The notes under the pieces were generated by a model. It did no database searches and was not told where the DNA came from. It saw only the letters and a list, made by a program, of their open reading frames with translations. Below are positions 42,281 through 56,393 of a DNA stretch of 64,000 nt, one piece after another (the first letter of the stretch is position 1; each line of letters begins with the position of its first letter). Source of the DNA: Podarcis bocagei (taxonomy: Eukaryota); NCBI GenBank assembly GCA_964188305.1, contig OZ076897.1; one strand, written 5' to 3'. The position numbers and the translations under genes were made by a program.

Positions 42281-43799
42281 GTCTAGACCCTGTATCCAGG
42301 GCTGCTATACCTTTAATTAAAGAAGAGGAACTTGAGAAGTTTTGACTTCTGTTGTCACCTAGCAACTCTAAAGGGGCAACAAAGACCAAGATATAGCGAA
42401 GAGAAGGCTTAGGAGGCAGGCAAACTTCACATACAAGCTCATTAGTATAGGGTATCATTACCTCTTTTTGTGATGCCATGGTAGTGATTTTGTACTGGCA
42501 CCCACAGAACTTTTATCAAGATACGAATACTGGTACCTCTCGCTCTCTCTTTTTTAACCCAAAAAGCATTGTCTCGTAATAAGCCACACTGAACACAATG
42601 GTTTCATGTTTGTAAATATTAAAACTAAGTTTGGAACTAGCACATACATTCAAACATCATGGACAAAGTATCAGGGACAAATTTATGAAACAGCTTAACT
42701 TTGCACATCAAGGTACATATATTTCATAAACTGATATGGAATAACCACCAGTAAAGGACACCACCAAAATTCAACAGATTAATTTCCAACATCCATAGAG
42801 ATTCAAATTAGGCAGAGAAAGAGATTATGTGCATTAGATAAAACGATTCCCTATGGATTATTGCTTTAGCTCCAGGCATTATTATTCCCAATAAGCCATT
42901 TAGAAACAGCTTGCCTACTCTGGTAAAAGAAACTAAACACAGCAGTACCCTGGGGTGGATTGCATATTCTCTCTCCCTCTCCCTCTCCCTCTCTTAATTT
43001 TTTTCTTCAGATTGCATCTTTATTAAAAATGTAATCTGAAACCATTCAAAACGGCCCCCAAATGGATATGAAACCAAAGGCAATCACCCTCATGTTTAAC
43101 GTGACCAGTCTCACATTATTGGAAGACAAAAGGCTGCATTTTTCTTTATCTCACTAAAAGTCACAAGAAATAATAAGCAGTGTTCACAATACTCCCAATC
43201 AACGCAGAGAATAATACTGTCAACCTCATCAGTATCAAACCTCTCCCCATCTGCTAATAAGAATTCCTCTCCAAATGATACAATCATATACTAGGGAAAA
43301 TATTTATCAAAGTCCCAACCGTTACGTATACAGTGTTTGCAAGTGGGTATCTTTCACAAAACTCTTTGGGTTAGTAAGCAAAATAAATCACTTTGTGCTA
43401 AAGTACAAATTCCAGGATCTAACCAATTGAGGCACATGTATTTCAGTCAGTCACTGTCAACTCTTTGATCTTTGGTGACCGTTCTCCACATTTATTTGCC
43501 TGAGCAACTTCGACTCCTCTGCCATAAAATGATTCTGGGGCATGTTTTAGGTTAATTCGTATGACATGCTGGCCAGTCCTGTTGAACCTCATCATTGGTC
43601 ATGTAGTTTACCCTAGAACATATCCAATTGCCTGCAGCCTAAGCACTGCCGGGGAAAACCCAGTAGAGATAAGAAAGTTATTAAGAGGAAAGTCATCATC
43701 CTACTAAAAAACTTTCCAAATAAATACTCACGTTTCCTTAGTGCTCTATTTTTAAAAAACTGGTTGAGGTTTAATAACATCTTCTACCTTAAGCAGCCT

Positions 43800-43920
43800 T
43801 GTCCAGTCATATATTGTTGGACTACAAGCCCCATCATCCCTGACAACAGGCCAGGCTGGCTGGGGAAGATGGGTTTTGTAGTCCAACATCTGGGGCTCTA
43901 CATCTGGGGAAAGTTGCTCC
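43800..43920. mobile_element. Representative of an abundant old palindromic MITE family
   Basis: ggactacaagccccatcatccctgac...ggctggctgggga..atggg..ttgtagtcc; decayed relatives near 9520, 14150, 15200, 17790, 24425, 40460, 59480, 62235. Confidence 0.65.
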
Positions 43921-43944
43921 AAAGGGATTTCCTATGCCCTAGAT

Positions 43945-44220
43945 TTGGTGCTGGTCACAGCCTTAGGACTTTTAAGATGGAATTGGCCAAATTCATGGAG
44001 TACAGGTCTACCAATGTGTGTAAGTCATGATACCTAAACAGGACCAGTAGGTTCAGAGATTGCATTCCTCTAGATACCAGTAGCTTGGGGTGTGTAAAGG
44101 AAGCTAAACAAGAGGGTAGGACTGTTGCCTTCATGTGCTGTTGTGAGCTTTATGGAAGCACTTAGCTAGGAAGTCTCTACTAGAAACAGGACAGTAGACA
44201 AGACAGAGCCCTGATTCCAT
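43945..44220 (+). mobile_element. CR1-like LINE 3' fragment
   Basis: tttaagatggaattggccaaattcatggag... followed by a 3'UTR similar to 56146-56393. Confidence 0.55.
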
Positions 44221-46898
44221 GTTGCATAACCTGACCACATGTGTTCCAAAAGAGGTGAAACACCTTGTAATATATACTGCATGTATAAAAGCATATATTT
44301 TCAAAATATGCTATGCACATTTTTGTGAACTGCCCAGAGGACATTGTTGAAAAGAGTTTATAAATGCTATTAAGTTAGGGGAAAAAATCTTGACCCAGTT
44401 ATTAATTGTGCACGAAAAGAGAAATATATTGCATCATCCACTTCTCATTCAAGGGGCCCAGTATACCATATGGTGAATCAGTCATGGGTAGGAGTCTATA
44501 GAGCTGCAAATAAGAAACTCCCAGCATGTGAAGAAAAGAAAAGAAAAAGAAAAAGAAAACCAGTTTATGAGGGGATTTTGTGAAGTATCCAAGAGTGGAA
44601 ACAAATAATGTTTAGCCCCTGAAACATCACTGGTGTGCATCCGCAACCCTCTGTGGTCCAGGGCTGGTTTCAGGTTTGAGGAAGCCCTCAGTATATGGCA
44701 GCTCATCACTGACATGCCTATGATTGAATTTACAATTTCCCATACACACACTTCACATGTAACACCAGGCCTAACTATGACTTAAAGGAGGTGTGTGGAA
44801 TCTTTTTGTCCCTGCGGGTCAGAACTGCCCCAATGACACTACACAGGCGAACTTTGAGAGGAATGTAGGATATCCCCCACTTGACATCTCAACGATGTCA
44901 GATGACTGACATCTGTCAAAGCTAGCCTAGGGAATAGGGGGAGATAGTTCAAAGGGCTTGCTCCATCCTCTGCACAGAGCTTCCCAAATGCCTCACAACC
45001 AGCTGGTCTTAGAGCACACAAGGAAATGTGCTAGTTCCAAGAGAGATCACAGCCACTTAGCTCCACTTCTTTCTGCTGTGGCTAAGTCATGATTTGGCTT
45101 AGCATGACATCCAATCTCATGCTTGTGGTTTGCCTCATTCCAGACAGATCATGAATTATAACCATGGTTTGTTCTTGGTTTACCACCTGTGGTTTGCCTG
45201 AGGAAGACAAAGTATGTGCCGAACTGTGCTTTAGTCCCTAGCAGCACAACAGCAGCAGAACCAGGAGAGGACCTCTGACCCTAGACCCAAGTGTCACGAA
45301 GTAAGTGTGGATGTTTCTAGGAAAAAGACTATGTATGTAGACTTCTATGCTCACAGGCTTTCCATGTGAGCTGGAACCCAAATTGTGAAGGGTTCCAGAT
45401 AATTTGTAAGAATTTATGAGCAGGTTGATATAACAACAACAACACAACCCCCCAAGCTGTGCACATGGCACATACACACAGAGATCTATACAAGTTTTTC
45501 CAGCTAAATGAAAAGGTCTTGGCCTTAGGTGTTCATTTTGCATTTTTAATAACCTATTTTCAGTTGGGCTTGGATTGTTTTTAATTTTTTAACTGTTTTA
45601 TGGTATGTCTATATATTGCCTTGAGACATACAGGATTTCCTTTACAGACATCCATGCCCAATGGATGGGTGTCAGGGACAAGACTAAGTTGTCACTTGAC
45701 CTTGAGGACAAGCATGACTCCTACAGCCCCTTTCCACATGAGATCTCTTTTCACCTGATTCATGCATGAAAGGGACTTTCGTTTTAAAAAAAACCTTCAT
45801 GCAGATTGAAGTGTTATTCTCCTTGCATTTATTTTATTCAAATACGTTTCCAAGGAGCCATTTAGACTCTATCAAGGAAATCAAGCAAGGTGGGCAAATG
45901 CACTCTTAAGTCCCCACAGGTGACGCTAACACAAAGAGCGCTGTCAGATTTGGGATAAGGGAGGAAAAACAGGGAGGAAAAAATAACTCAAAATGCACAA
46001 TGCTAGCCTAGCGCTATTGACTTTTGAGAAGAAGGGGCAAAGGTTAATTGGCAGATGTTTCTCATATCATAATTAACAATTTATTTCTATGCACTGTAAC
46101 AAGATTAAGATAATTATCCTCAGAAACAGAAATGTAATGACAAATTACTGGTTTTCATATTGCAGTCAATCTCTTTCATATCAAAATAATCACCATGCTT
46201 AGCAGAAGGTGCATCTGCTCAGTTTTGGATAGGAGTATATAATAGAGATTTTGAACTGCCATATGGGAATCCATGAAGCCAACTCAACATGAGAGCAGGA
46301 AGTTGCTGGCTACACTTTTCTAGGATAGTTTGGTAGCCAATAGAATCCCAGCTGGGACACCACAGAATGCATTCATCAAGAGAGTAACTTATCGTACTGT
46401 ACTTTCTTAATTAGGGATGGACGAATAAAATATTTTCACATGGCAGGTGACATTAAGATTATATCGATACACTGTTCTCCTTGATGCCAAAAGATCCCTA
46501 TATTTATTTATTTTCATTTACAGTTTTCAGGCACATAGGTCTGGGTAATGGCAAGGTCCAGCTTCCTACAGCTTGGGAGGTAGCAGGTGCCTAGAGTACC
46601 TAAGGATGGGATAGGCAGGTAACCAGTCAGCCAGCCAAAGTCCAGAGAGATCAGCGGCATTTCTCACTTTTGAGTTGGCCAGATGTAATAGGCCAGCCAT
46701 ATAAATGCAAAAGCACAGGACAAACTCTCTGGGGTCATCTGAGGTCCAATTCCAGAAGGGTTCTGTTCCATGGTTTTGAAAACTTCCTTTCTTCTATCCC
46801 AGAAACCCAGAGTTAAGCAAAGTTAAATAATTAGTGTCAGAGTCAATTATATGCAGTCTTGCTACAGGAGAGAAAAATAATAGGGTTCACTAAATGAG

Positions 46899-46900
<2 letters not shown>

Positions 46901-46929
<29 letters not shown>
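46901..46929. repeat. (TG)n microsatellite
   Basis: Direct reading. Confidence 0.95.
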
Positions 46930-46933
<4 letters not shown>

Positions 46934-48060
46934 TGAGCCTTTGCTACTTTTTAAATTACTCAAAGTACTTCATGAAAGCTCCTGCATTTCAGTATTCTCA
47001 ATCAAGAAGGTATTGTCCAAAATATATCCCATAATGCCTTCAGTATCCCAATTTGTGTGTCAAGTAATTGCTATTTTAAGTACTTGGAAAATGCATACTC
47101 ATCTAATGCAAGAACGTCTGTGAGGAAAAGTATCTAAATCTGACACAATAAGTTAGTTTGGGGGTGGGAAGGCACTAAGATTGCTGGAAAAATTGACTTT
47201 GATAGCAATGGCTTTTCTTTCTAACTAGTCATTTTGTAGCCCAAATTAACAGACTTTTTTTTTTACTTCAGGCTGCAAATACTTTTGATGTTCTGTGCTT
47301 CAAAGTTGGAACTCTCATTTCATTTTTGTATTTCACCCATTCTCCCCACATTATCCTTACTTTTTTAGTTTTCCCTTCTTCTGCTGTCAACTTTGTGACA
47401 GCAGCACTCACTGAACTCACGACTAACAGCACAAGAGAGACCATATGTGTGGTACAATAAAACAGAAAGCTGCAAGAACAAGAAACTGAAGGGTCTGACA
47501 ACACGAGGCAGGAGAACCAAATGGGGAATGATGCATAACCAAGCAAAGAGGCAGCAGGCTGGGGGGGGGGGGGAGAGATAAGGAAGTCAGCATGTGAAAT
47601 ATTACAAAACAAGCTCATGCCATTGAGTTTTTGCTGGAAAAGCTTTGATATGCATTTAAGATTAAGGAACTTGAGGGAGTGGGGATGCTACCACATGCTC
47701 TCTCCAGTCAGCATTCCTAGGCTAGCATTCCTAGCACCTATCCAAAGCTCCACATTCAATTTACGGCAATTTTAGAGAATATTTTTTCACTACTGGCCAG
47801 GCTGCTAGCATTTGAAACCTCTGCAAATCATGGAACATAGCCATCACTTCCCTGTCACATAATGACAAGAGTTCAGGTATGACACTTGATCTCTAAAAAA
47901 CTTTAAAGAAGCCCCGATTGTAAACGCAGAATAACCAAGACCACCACAAAGAGGACCCCTGGTATATATGCATCATGTAACATGGGATTTGAATTGACAA
48001 TCTTGAGCACACTTATAGAGTTAATACAGCTCTGCTTTTGCTCCACGTTGGGCAAAAGAT

Positions 48061-48122
48061 TGCAGGGGTTGGACTAGATGAACCTCGTGGTCCCTTCCAA
48101 CTCAACAATTCTATGATTCTAT
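48061..48122 (+). mobile_element. CR1 extreme 3' end
   Basis: ggggttggactagatga...ggtcccttccaactc...attctatgattctat, the canonical CR1 terminus. Confidence 0.85.
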
Positions 48123-49711
48123 AAACCATGGGCAAGCTAAGTCAGTTGTGCATGAGCGCCATACTGCTTCATGAAGCTTGAGCTCTCCCAATTTTATCTT
48201 CCCTTTCTCCAGCAAACCACGAAGCAGCTGGCTTAGCATTTGGTGTGAATCAGAGCTCGTGATTTCTTCTGTTCCAAACAAACCACATTCTTTAGCCAAG
48301 GTTTCTTCTTGGCTTCCTGTTCATGATTTGTTTGGGGGAAACCAACCAAGAAAGCTAGTGCACATGTAACACTAAGTCACCCACATTGTGGTTTGTTTCC
48401 TTGCTGGAGGGAGGAGCAAAATGGGAGCATTGGTGCAAAATGCTTAATTTGCTTTTTTGTGCTTTATAGCTTAGCCATCAAAGATAACTTTGCTCCTTTG
48501 GCCAACCCCACTATTGGGGTGTCATGAATGGGCAAACTGTTAGTGATCTGATTTATTGTAAGTAGTTTTAACGTATTATTACTGCATTTTTTTTACTGTG
48601 GGCAGGGGGAGATGGTTGCAAGGTAAGATGTCTCAGGTGCCAAAGTAACTTAGCCAGCCTTGAGTACTAAGCATCTTGACTTGAGGGGAGGAAGGTAGGC
48701 TTGCTGTTTGCTTCTCCATCTCAGTCAGTGAAATCTATTGGACAGTTCCAATCTCTTCTAAATGACCACTCCTACTTCTACACCACCTGCTTCTTTTACT
48801 TTCCTTGGAGCCTCTTCCAAGAAACCAGCAAACAATCATATTTATTGTTTTCCTTAAAACCACTGTCAAAGCTTGTACACAAGAGACATTACGCGAAGAT
48901 GCTTTGGGGCACTGCTTTGAAATGTCTATAGACAACATTAATTAAGCCCCAAATCACCAATATGAAAAGGAAAACAGTGAAGCAGATAAATCCTAGAAAC
49001 CTCAACTAACCATATGCTCCATTGCAATTTTCAGTTAAAGCAATTCTCTCATCCCCTTTTTTCATATCCATTATTCTTACTGAGGTGAAGACATTATGAA
49101 AGATGTTATGAAAAGTAAACAGGACTGCATTGCAATGTACTGATTCATATGATGATTCATTTCTAAAAGCAAAAGAAAACACAACCCAGAAACACTCTGT
49201 GCTTTAATTGTTCCTGTAATATACATCTGGATATTCTTCATCAGAAGCAGCTAGCTTTGCTACAGCTAGCTTGTAAATAAATCTGATATTCTTTCTTCAA
49301 CTACACTGGAGTTACTTTAAAAACTGGTTACAAAACATAAGAATGACAGCTTGTGAGGGGGAACGTTAGATTGCAATTCAGACCTCTCTGTTTTTATTTC
49401 AGCCTTAAACTATCTCAGTTTCTAGGAACCAGATACCTTATTTTGTATCCAAACAAGAACTGTCTGCATGCATATGTGCCCCATATAGAGGCGCAAATGA
49501 TCGTGAAGCACATGGGAAGTAAGTGCTAGACATAAAGTGAAATGCAATTTAAGGCTGGAGAGAGCCACCTACAGCCTATACAGTGAACAGAATTGTCTGT
49601 TTAAAAAAACCCCTCTTTTTTATTTTGACTGACGGGCCCAAGTTTGCTAATTATAAATAAATAAATAAATCATTGAAACCTTCCATGACACGTGAAAGAC
49701 AAAACTCTTAC

Positions 49712-49750
49712 CGTTTCCTTTGGAATTTGTGACTGCCTTTGTTCAGTACT
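49712..49750 (-). CDS. PARD3: PARD3 39-nt cassette exon (about exon 12)
   Basis: cttcttctag|AGTACT...GAAACG|gtaaga; STEQRQSQIPKET, similar to mammalian NAEPSQMQIPKET; symmetric phase 0; not in the ORF track. Confidence 0.92.
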
Positions 49751-52700
49751 CTAGAAGAAGTGGGAACAAAAATTAAAATAAGAATAAGGGTAGAAAAGAC
49801 ATTTGCCAACGATTAAGAAGAGGACTATCAAGGGGTTTAGTTCTCAAATGGAGCATAGGATAGGAGATCAGAGCTACACAAAACACACTGTGAAAAGTCC
49901 CAAATGCCCACTGGTGACACTTTATATGCCAATTCTGAGAGGCTGGGACAAGTGCCTCCTTGTGCTTCTGACTGGCAGGATGCACCTGTGACAACGTTTA
50001 AAACACTCTGTGCTAACCTATGTTATTCTCTTTTGGTTGATATAATGTCTCCTTAATAGAGGGTCCCACCCTTACACAGCATAATATGCCAAGACCAGGG
50101 ACTTTGCAAGCCAGACCTAGTTCTCGATTCCATTACAGCGCTCCATTCAAAGAGGAAACTACTTGCTTGTATTCCACCTCACTTACTCATCTCACTCAGC
50201 CTCCATTATTTTAGGCAAAAGGTCCCTGACCAGGTACAGTGGCCTGGCAACTAATCCATTATACTACTGACCTGTGTGCTGATTTAACAGTTTACCTGCT
50301 TTCAAGCCTGCTCAGTTCGTCTTTTGCTTCCCCCCTTCCTTCCTGCCTAGCCCACCTGGACTTTCATGGCCTCTTTTTGGCACACATGGTTGTATCCAAA
50401 GCTAGTCTTACTCAAAATAGAACCATTGAAGTTAATGGGCATGGACAACTTAGGATCACTAATTTCAATAGGACTACCCTTCCAGAAAACTCCATTCCAT
50501 AAAAACTCAATGGTTCACAATAACAATGCTTGGCATTGGAACATCTTATTGGTGGCAATGTAAAAAGCTTGGATAATAATACATAATGATTTGAAGAAAA
50601 TGCTTAAAATAATCTTTGTCCAGAAAAACAGAAGCCTTGACATTGGGCTTAAAGGACTGAATGTTTTTAAAGAGCAGTATCTGGCAGCAGTTGCTCAGCC
50701 ACAATCATCCCAGAATATGAAAATGAAGAAGTTCCCGCCAAAGAAGATAAAGACGATCGGAATTGAAGATATTATGGACGTGCATGAACAAATGTAAAAC
50801 AAAGAACCAAGAAGGGGAGTGGAGAGAAGTCAAGGGATTTTGGAAATCCCATGTATGGGAGTTGTTATGTGATGGGGTTTTGTTATTGTAAAAATTACCG
50901 GTAATAAAATAGTATTAAAAAAGAGAACACAACTCAGGAGAATTTACAGCATGAAAATAATGTATTTCCTTAAACATTTTATCCCTTATGTGCACACACA
51001 GAATGATGCATTTTACAGTTCCTGCCCATCAAGCCATGTTAATGTGCTTCAGAGCCATTAGGCAAACACAACTCTCCTTTGAGGGGCAATTTTAATTAAT
51101 CTCCTGCACACAGACAAAGGCAACCAAAGCTCATCTAGAGGGAATAACTTGTTAAAGCCAACTGTGGTTGACAAAAGACAGAGAACTGAGCCAAGAACTC
51201 CCTAATCCCTAAAATCAAGAGGAGAACAAAGCAAAAAAGAAGAAGGGGGGGGGAGATTTTGTTGGTGCCGCAAGAAACATATAATGGAACTTGCTTGCAA
51301 TCTCCCAAATTCTTGATCAGAAGCAAAATAGTGCTGTTTTCACATGAACTCCTTAACCATATTGGCCACTTGGGTCTAAATGAATACAGCTACAAGTTGG
51401 CAAAATGATGATGGGGAGAGTCAACCGCAGCAAATAAGAACTGACGTCTTGGAAGAGTGTTTCCATTTATTAGTGTAAACCACTCTACAATTGTTTTCAT
51501 ATCAAGCCTGCCATTTAGGTCTAGACTTTATGAGGTGACTGTATCCTAAGTGTGCATGAGATCTTTCCAGCATAATTTGACAATATAGAGATCCACATTA
51601 TGCTATTTTGCAAGTTGAGTGAGAGACCATGTCTGATCACCTGTGATCAGAGATCTGCACTGGTTGTCACTTTGTTACTGGGGCAAGTGAAACGTGCTAC
51701 TATTAGTGTCACAAATTCCATAGAAGTGTCATGGAGGGGATGGTCGGATCCTGACGAAGAATGCAATTGGCAGAGGGGTGTTCTGCCCTATGACATCTGA
51801 CAGTCCAAGGCAGATACCTCCTGCTGTGGAGTTGTCCCCTGGTGTCTCCTTATGTCAGTGAGGAGCTGCATCCAAAGGAGAAGGCAAGTGAAAATAAATC
51901 AGATGCTGAGCTGGCACTGATGCCACCTCTGCCTCCAAAGGATGTCAGCATGGGGATGTCACCATGAAGAAAGTTTGTGGGACCACTCACTTAATGAGTG
52001 CCTGTTTGCTGTGTCTGCCTTGTCCTTCCTGCAGTGAGGACCAGGACAAGTAGTATATAAATCCCTTAATAGCTTGGGGCCAGTTTACTTGAGGGCTCAG
52101 TTTACTGGAATTCACCCAGGACCTGCTCAGGAGAGAGCAGGCTCTTGTTCACTTGAAGTTATTTACACAGACACTGCATGGCCAAGTCAAGGATGTTGAT
52201 GCTGCATCCAGCGTTGCAGACTGAGTAGGCAGTTGAACCAGTTGGCCCCCAAGTTCTCTTCCAATTCTAGATTAACAACCCATTTACGAGTTTTCACCTG
52301 TTCCAGAAGAAGCAGGATGTTTTCACACTGTAGCATATCTTTGAGAGTAAACACACTCCTGTGGCTTCAGTATCTATCCCACATGCAAGTACAAAAGGCC
52401 ATGCCTCCTCTAAATAGTTCATTCACACTAAGGATTTGTCCATTCCTACCATCTCCCCACCCTCCAAAGTAGAATAAACCCTGCACTACCATCCCCTATG
52501 CTGAAATGCAGACTTCATCATGCTCTCTGAACACAGATATTTTTCCATGTACCCACAATCACTCCTATCTTTCCACAAGTCCCAACATCATGACTCATTA
52601 ACCCTTTTGAATTATTTGGTAGTGATGGTAGTTGGTGGCAGGGAAGTTTCACTGAAGTGTGTCAAGTGAGCGGGGTGCTGGGAAATATAACATAGAATCT

Positions 52701-53874
52701 AATTGGCGATCTTAGACTCACAAGAGGGCTTTTGAGGGTGCTGGGGTCTGCAGGGGGAAGGTAAATCAGAAACAATCCACCCCTTCTCTTCAATTATCAG
52801 ATGTTCCTGCTGGGTCAAAAGTCCAGTTGTGAATGCCAGGGCACCAACTGGTCTCCATCCATAGATTTCTTGGGTACCTATGTCCTTAGCATGAATACTA
52901 GTGGCATGGAAAGTTGCATTTCCTAAGTTCCCTATCACCTAGGACACTCCTTTTGCAGCATTCAATACACCGAAGAGAGATAGAGACCTATGTTCTTATA
53001 TTTAGAAGAACTTAAAGGGGGGATAGAGGGAGAAATATTATTATAGGATGGAGGAGTTTGAATTCTTAGAAAGAAAAATGAATTTTAGTTGCATCGTTGC
53101 TTGAAGTCTTGAGTAAAGACAAGTGGGATAGGAATGTAGGACGCTGCCTTATACCAAGTCAGACCAATTGTCTATCCTGTCTGGAAGTGACTCTCCTTAA
53201 TTTCAGGCAGGGTTTTCTCCCAGTCCTAACTGGAGATATTGAAATACTGAACAATGATTTGGTCCAAAATAAGGCAGCTTTATACAATCAACATTTGCTA
53301 CACCCACAAAGGCAATTATTGTGGAAACATTTGTGCACAGCCTATATACTATGGTAATTTTCTTTAAGATACATTGTACAACAGGGATTCTCTGAATTGC
53401 CTTGCTAAATTAATAACTGTGGGGTGTCTTTCCCATGTAGCTATAATATTAGAAACAACCACATTTTTGCCCTTACAGATTCTTCATTTCCAAATCATAG
53501 CATTCATACATCCTGTTCTAGATTAATTGTAAATGCTCTGAGACAGGGGGGAAATGTTCATGTAGTGTGACAAACAGCAAGCTTTCCAACAGGGACACAA
53601 AAGTGCAAAAGGCAGGGAATAATCAGTTGTCTGTAGGCACTCAAGCAAAGTACATGCAACAGTTTATAATCTGCATTTGCTGTCACCCATGATTTGAAAA
53701 CATTAGTTCCCATATTAATGTGGAAATCCAATTTGGAGACCACTGCTAAAAGGAAATATCCATGTGAAATGTAGTAGAAGTTTATTTTCCTGTGCTCCAC
53801 TTCAAGCTGCACATGTTTGACAGCAAGTCTTCACATTATTTGCTCATATTCACCTAATGTGCTTAGCCACTTTA

Positions 53875-54120
<246 letters not shown>

Positions 54121-54144
54121 CTATAATGCTAAACTGTGTTTCAG

Positions 54145-54279
54145 ATACCTTCAGAAGTCTGCATGCACACGAAAGCTCATACCAGTAACAAACTTACTTG
54201 GTCTCTAAGGTGCTACTGGAAGGAATTTTTTTATTTTGTTTCGACTACGGCAGACCAACACAGCTACCTACCTGTAACT
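54145..54279 (+). mobile_element. Penelope-like terminal fragment
   Basis: Closely similar to 24778-24905; lies about 120 bp upstream of the second PDZ2 exon acceptor. Confidence 0.75.
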
Positions 54280-54398
54280 AGATGTCAATGTTCCCAATAA
54301 TGTGTATGGGTCTGCGTTATCTTGTACCTTATTACACTAATAAATTTTAAAACACTCAATTTTTCCACAAAAGGTTATCCAATTTTCTAGGTGAAAAG

Positions 54399-54400
<2 letters not shown>

Positions 54401-54435
<35 letters not shown>
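54401..54435. repeat. (AC)n microsatellite
   Basis: Direct reading. Confidence 0.95.
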
Positions 54436-54438
<3 letters not shown>

Positions 54439-56145
54439 TCTCAAGGCTTGGCCACTCTCACTGGTGCTTTTAACTCTTCGGTGACCTAACAAACAAGATC
54501 TAAGTTACAGTTTTGCTGTAACTATGATTCCTCAACTATGGTTTATGTTAACCATAGTTTAGTCCTTTGCACAAACCAGGACACCGTAAGCTAGAACTAG
54601 GTGACATATTTTGTCTTAGGGAAAAGTCATGCCTGTGTTTGGGGCTGAAATTTGGAGAAAGCCCATTGGCTTCTCCAGCTGCACACAACACAGGAAAAAA
54701 ACTGCAGGATTATTCCTGAGCAGCAAATACAGATACAGAGAACAGCATTGTGGCAACTCCAGCTCTGCTTTTTAATTCACCTCCTCTCCCCATTCTTCTC
54801 TCTCTCTCTCACTCTGGGGGCAGTGTGAACAGCCATTGTGTTCCCCTATCAACAAGAGCAATTAGTGGAGAGTGGCACTGCCATGGACCTGGCCTCCAAG
54901 CACCAGTGTTGCTGCCACATGCCAGGGCAGTGTATTGTTGAAGTTGGGCAGATGCTGGCACGTTAGCAGAACCAATCAAGCACTGCTGCCGGTGTGACCA
55001 CATTGCTCTATCCTAACTGCTCTTTCGCCCCAGTATATGGCAAGAAGGCAGTGCTGGTCCACAGTGGTGCCCTTCCCTGCCAGCCATTTCTGCCTTCTGC
55101 CATAGTTTGGGGCTGAAACTGTGATGCACTCAGAAGCTGCTATACTGGTAAACAGCCTGAAAGGCACTTACATAGGTAAACACTGGGAGCTACGTTCAGA
55201 AGCAGCACAAATGACTTATGTGCAGAGCAATTCAGTGGTTTGTTCATGGCATTTAAATAATAATACACACAAGTCTTAAAAATCAGCATTTTCTTACACA
55301 TGAGAACACTACTCCTGCACAGGCTCAGGCAATGGTGATGCACTTCCAAAGGCAACACAACCACAGAACGTATCTAGATATGATCAGCATGCCTGAATTT
55401 GGAAAACAAATTGCAACTCTGCAAATAACATCCCAATACGAGTTGGATGCCAAGATAAGTGTGCTTGCTTGCCTGCAATATATCCAAGCACACCCAGGAG
55501 CATGTGAAGCCCTGACAGATAAGTGAAACTGGGATACTGAATTGAAACTGACCAGACATGATAGAAAACATCAGGGAGGCTTTTCGTTTGTAAGGACGTA
55601 GCAGAGTTAAGAAAGCAAGAGGCTCAGTTAGTAGAAAGGCACAAAATAAATGTGGGTAGAAGTCAGCATAATGAACATACATACATCAGAAAATGCTAAA
55701 AGATACAGCAGATGAAGAAGAGAGGAAGGGGGCGGAGCTTGAGATCCACTGACATTTATCTGTGAGAACTCGCTGTGGGCAAGTGATATCCCAGGAGACT
55801 CACTGAGGACAAGTAATGTCCCAGGAAAGCAAACATGGTTCTTTGTTGTGGCTGCTGCTGAAAAGTGTAACAGAAAACCCAGAAAATTACAAAGAACCAG
55901 TCACCTTGACTTCAGTGCTCAGCAAGCTATTATAACAGCAATCAAAGGAGGCAACAAGAAGCTGTCAGGCTAAGCTTATTTTCACCTTTGGATTGGAAAA
56001 AAGGAAGAAACTACTTTAGAAGATAAGTGCTATGCACTGGAAGTAACTATCTTTACTTCAGTAAAAGTGATGGCAATATTCAGCAGTATGGATTTGGAGC
56101 CATGTGGATCATCTAGAATCATAGAACTGTAGAGTTGAGGTGGAC

Positions 56146-56393
56146 TTGGATGGCTGTAGAAGAGGATTAGACAAATGCACGGAGGATAAGGCTCTCAGTG
56201 GCTACTAACCATAATGGATATGTTCTGCCTCCACTGTTGGAAGCAGTTTGCCTCTGAATACCACTTGATAGTAATCACAAGTGGGGAGTGCAGTGCTGAC
56301 CTCAGATCCTACTTGTAGGTTTCCCATAGGCATCTATTTGGCCCTTGGCAGAACAGAATGGTGGACTAGATGGACCTTTCACCTGCTCTTCTT
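56146..56393 (+). mobile_element. CR1-like LINE 3' fragment
   Basis: ttggatggctgtagaagaggattagacaaa...tggactagatggacc...gctcttctta; abuts an inverted CR1 tail (tagaatcatagaa, about 56114). Confidence 0.7.
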
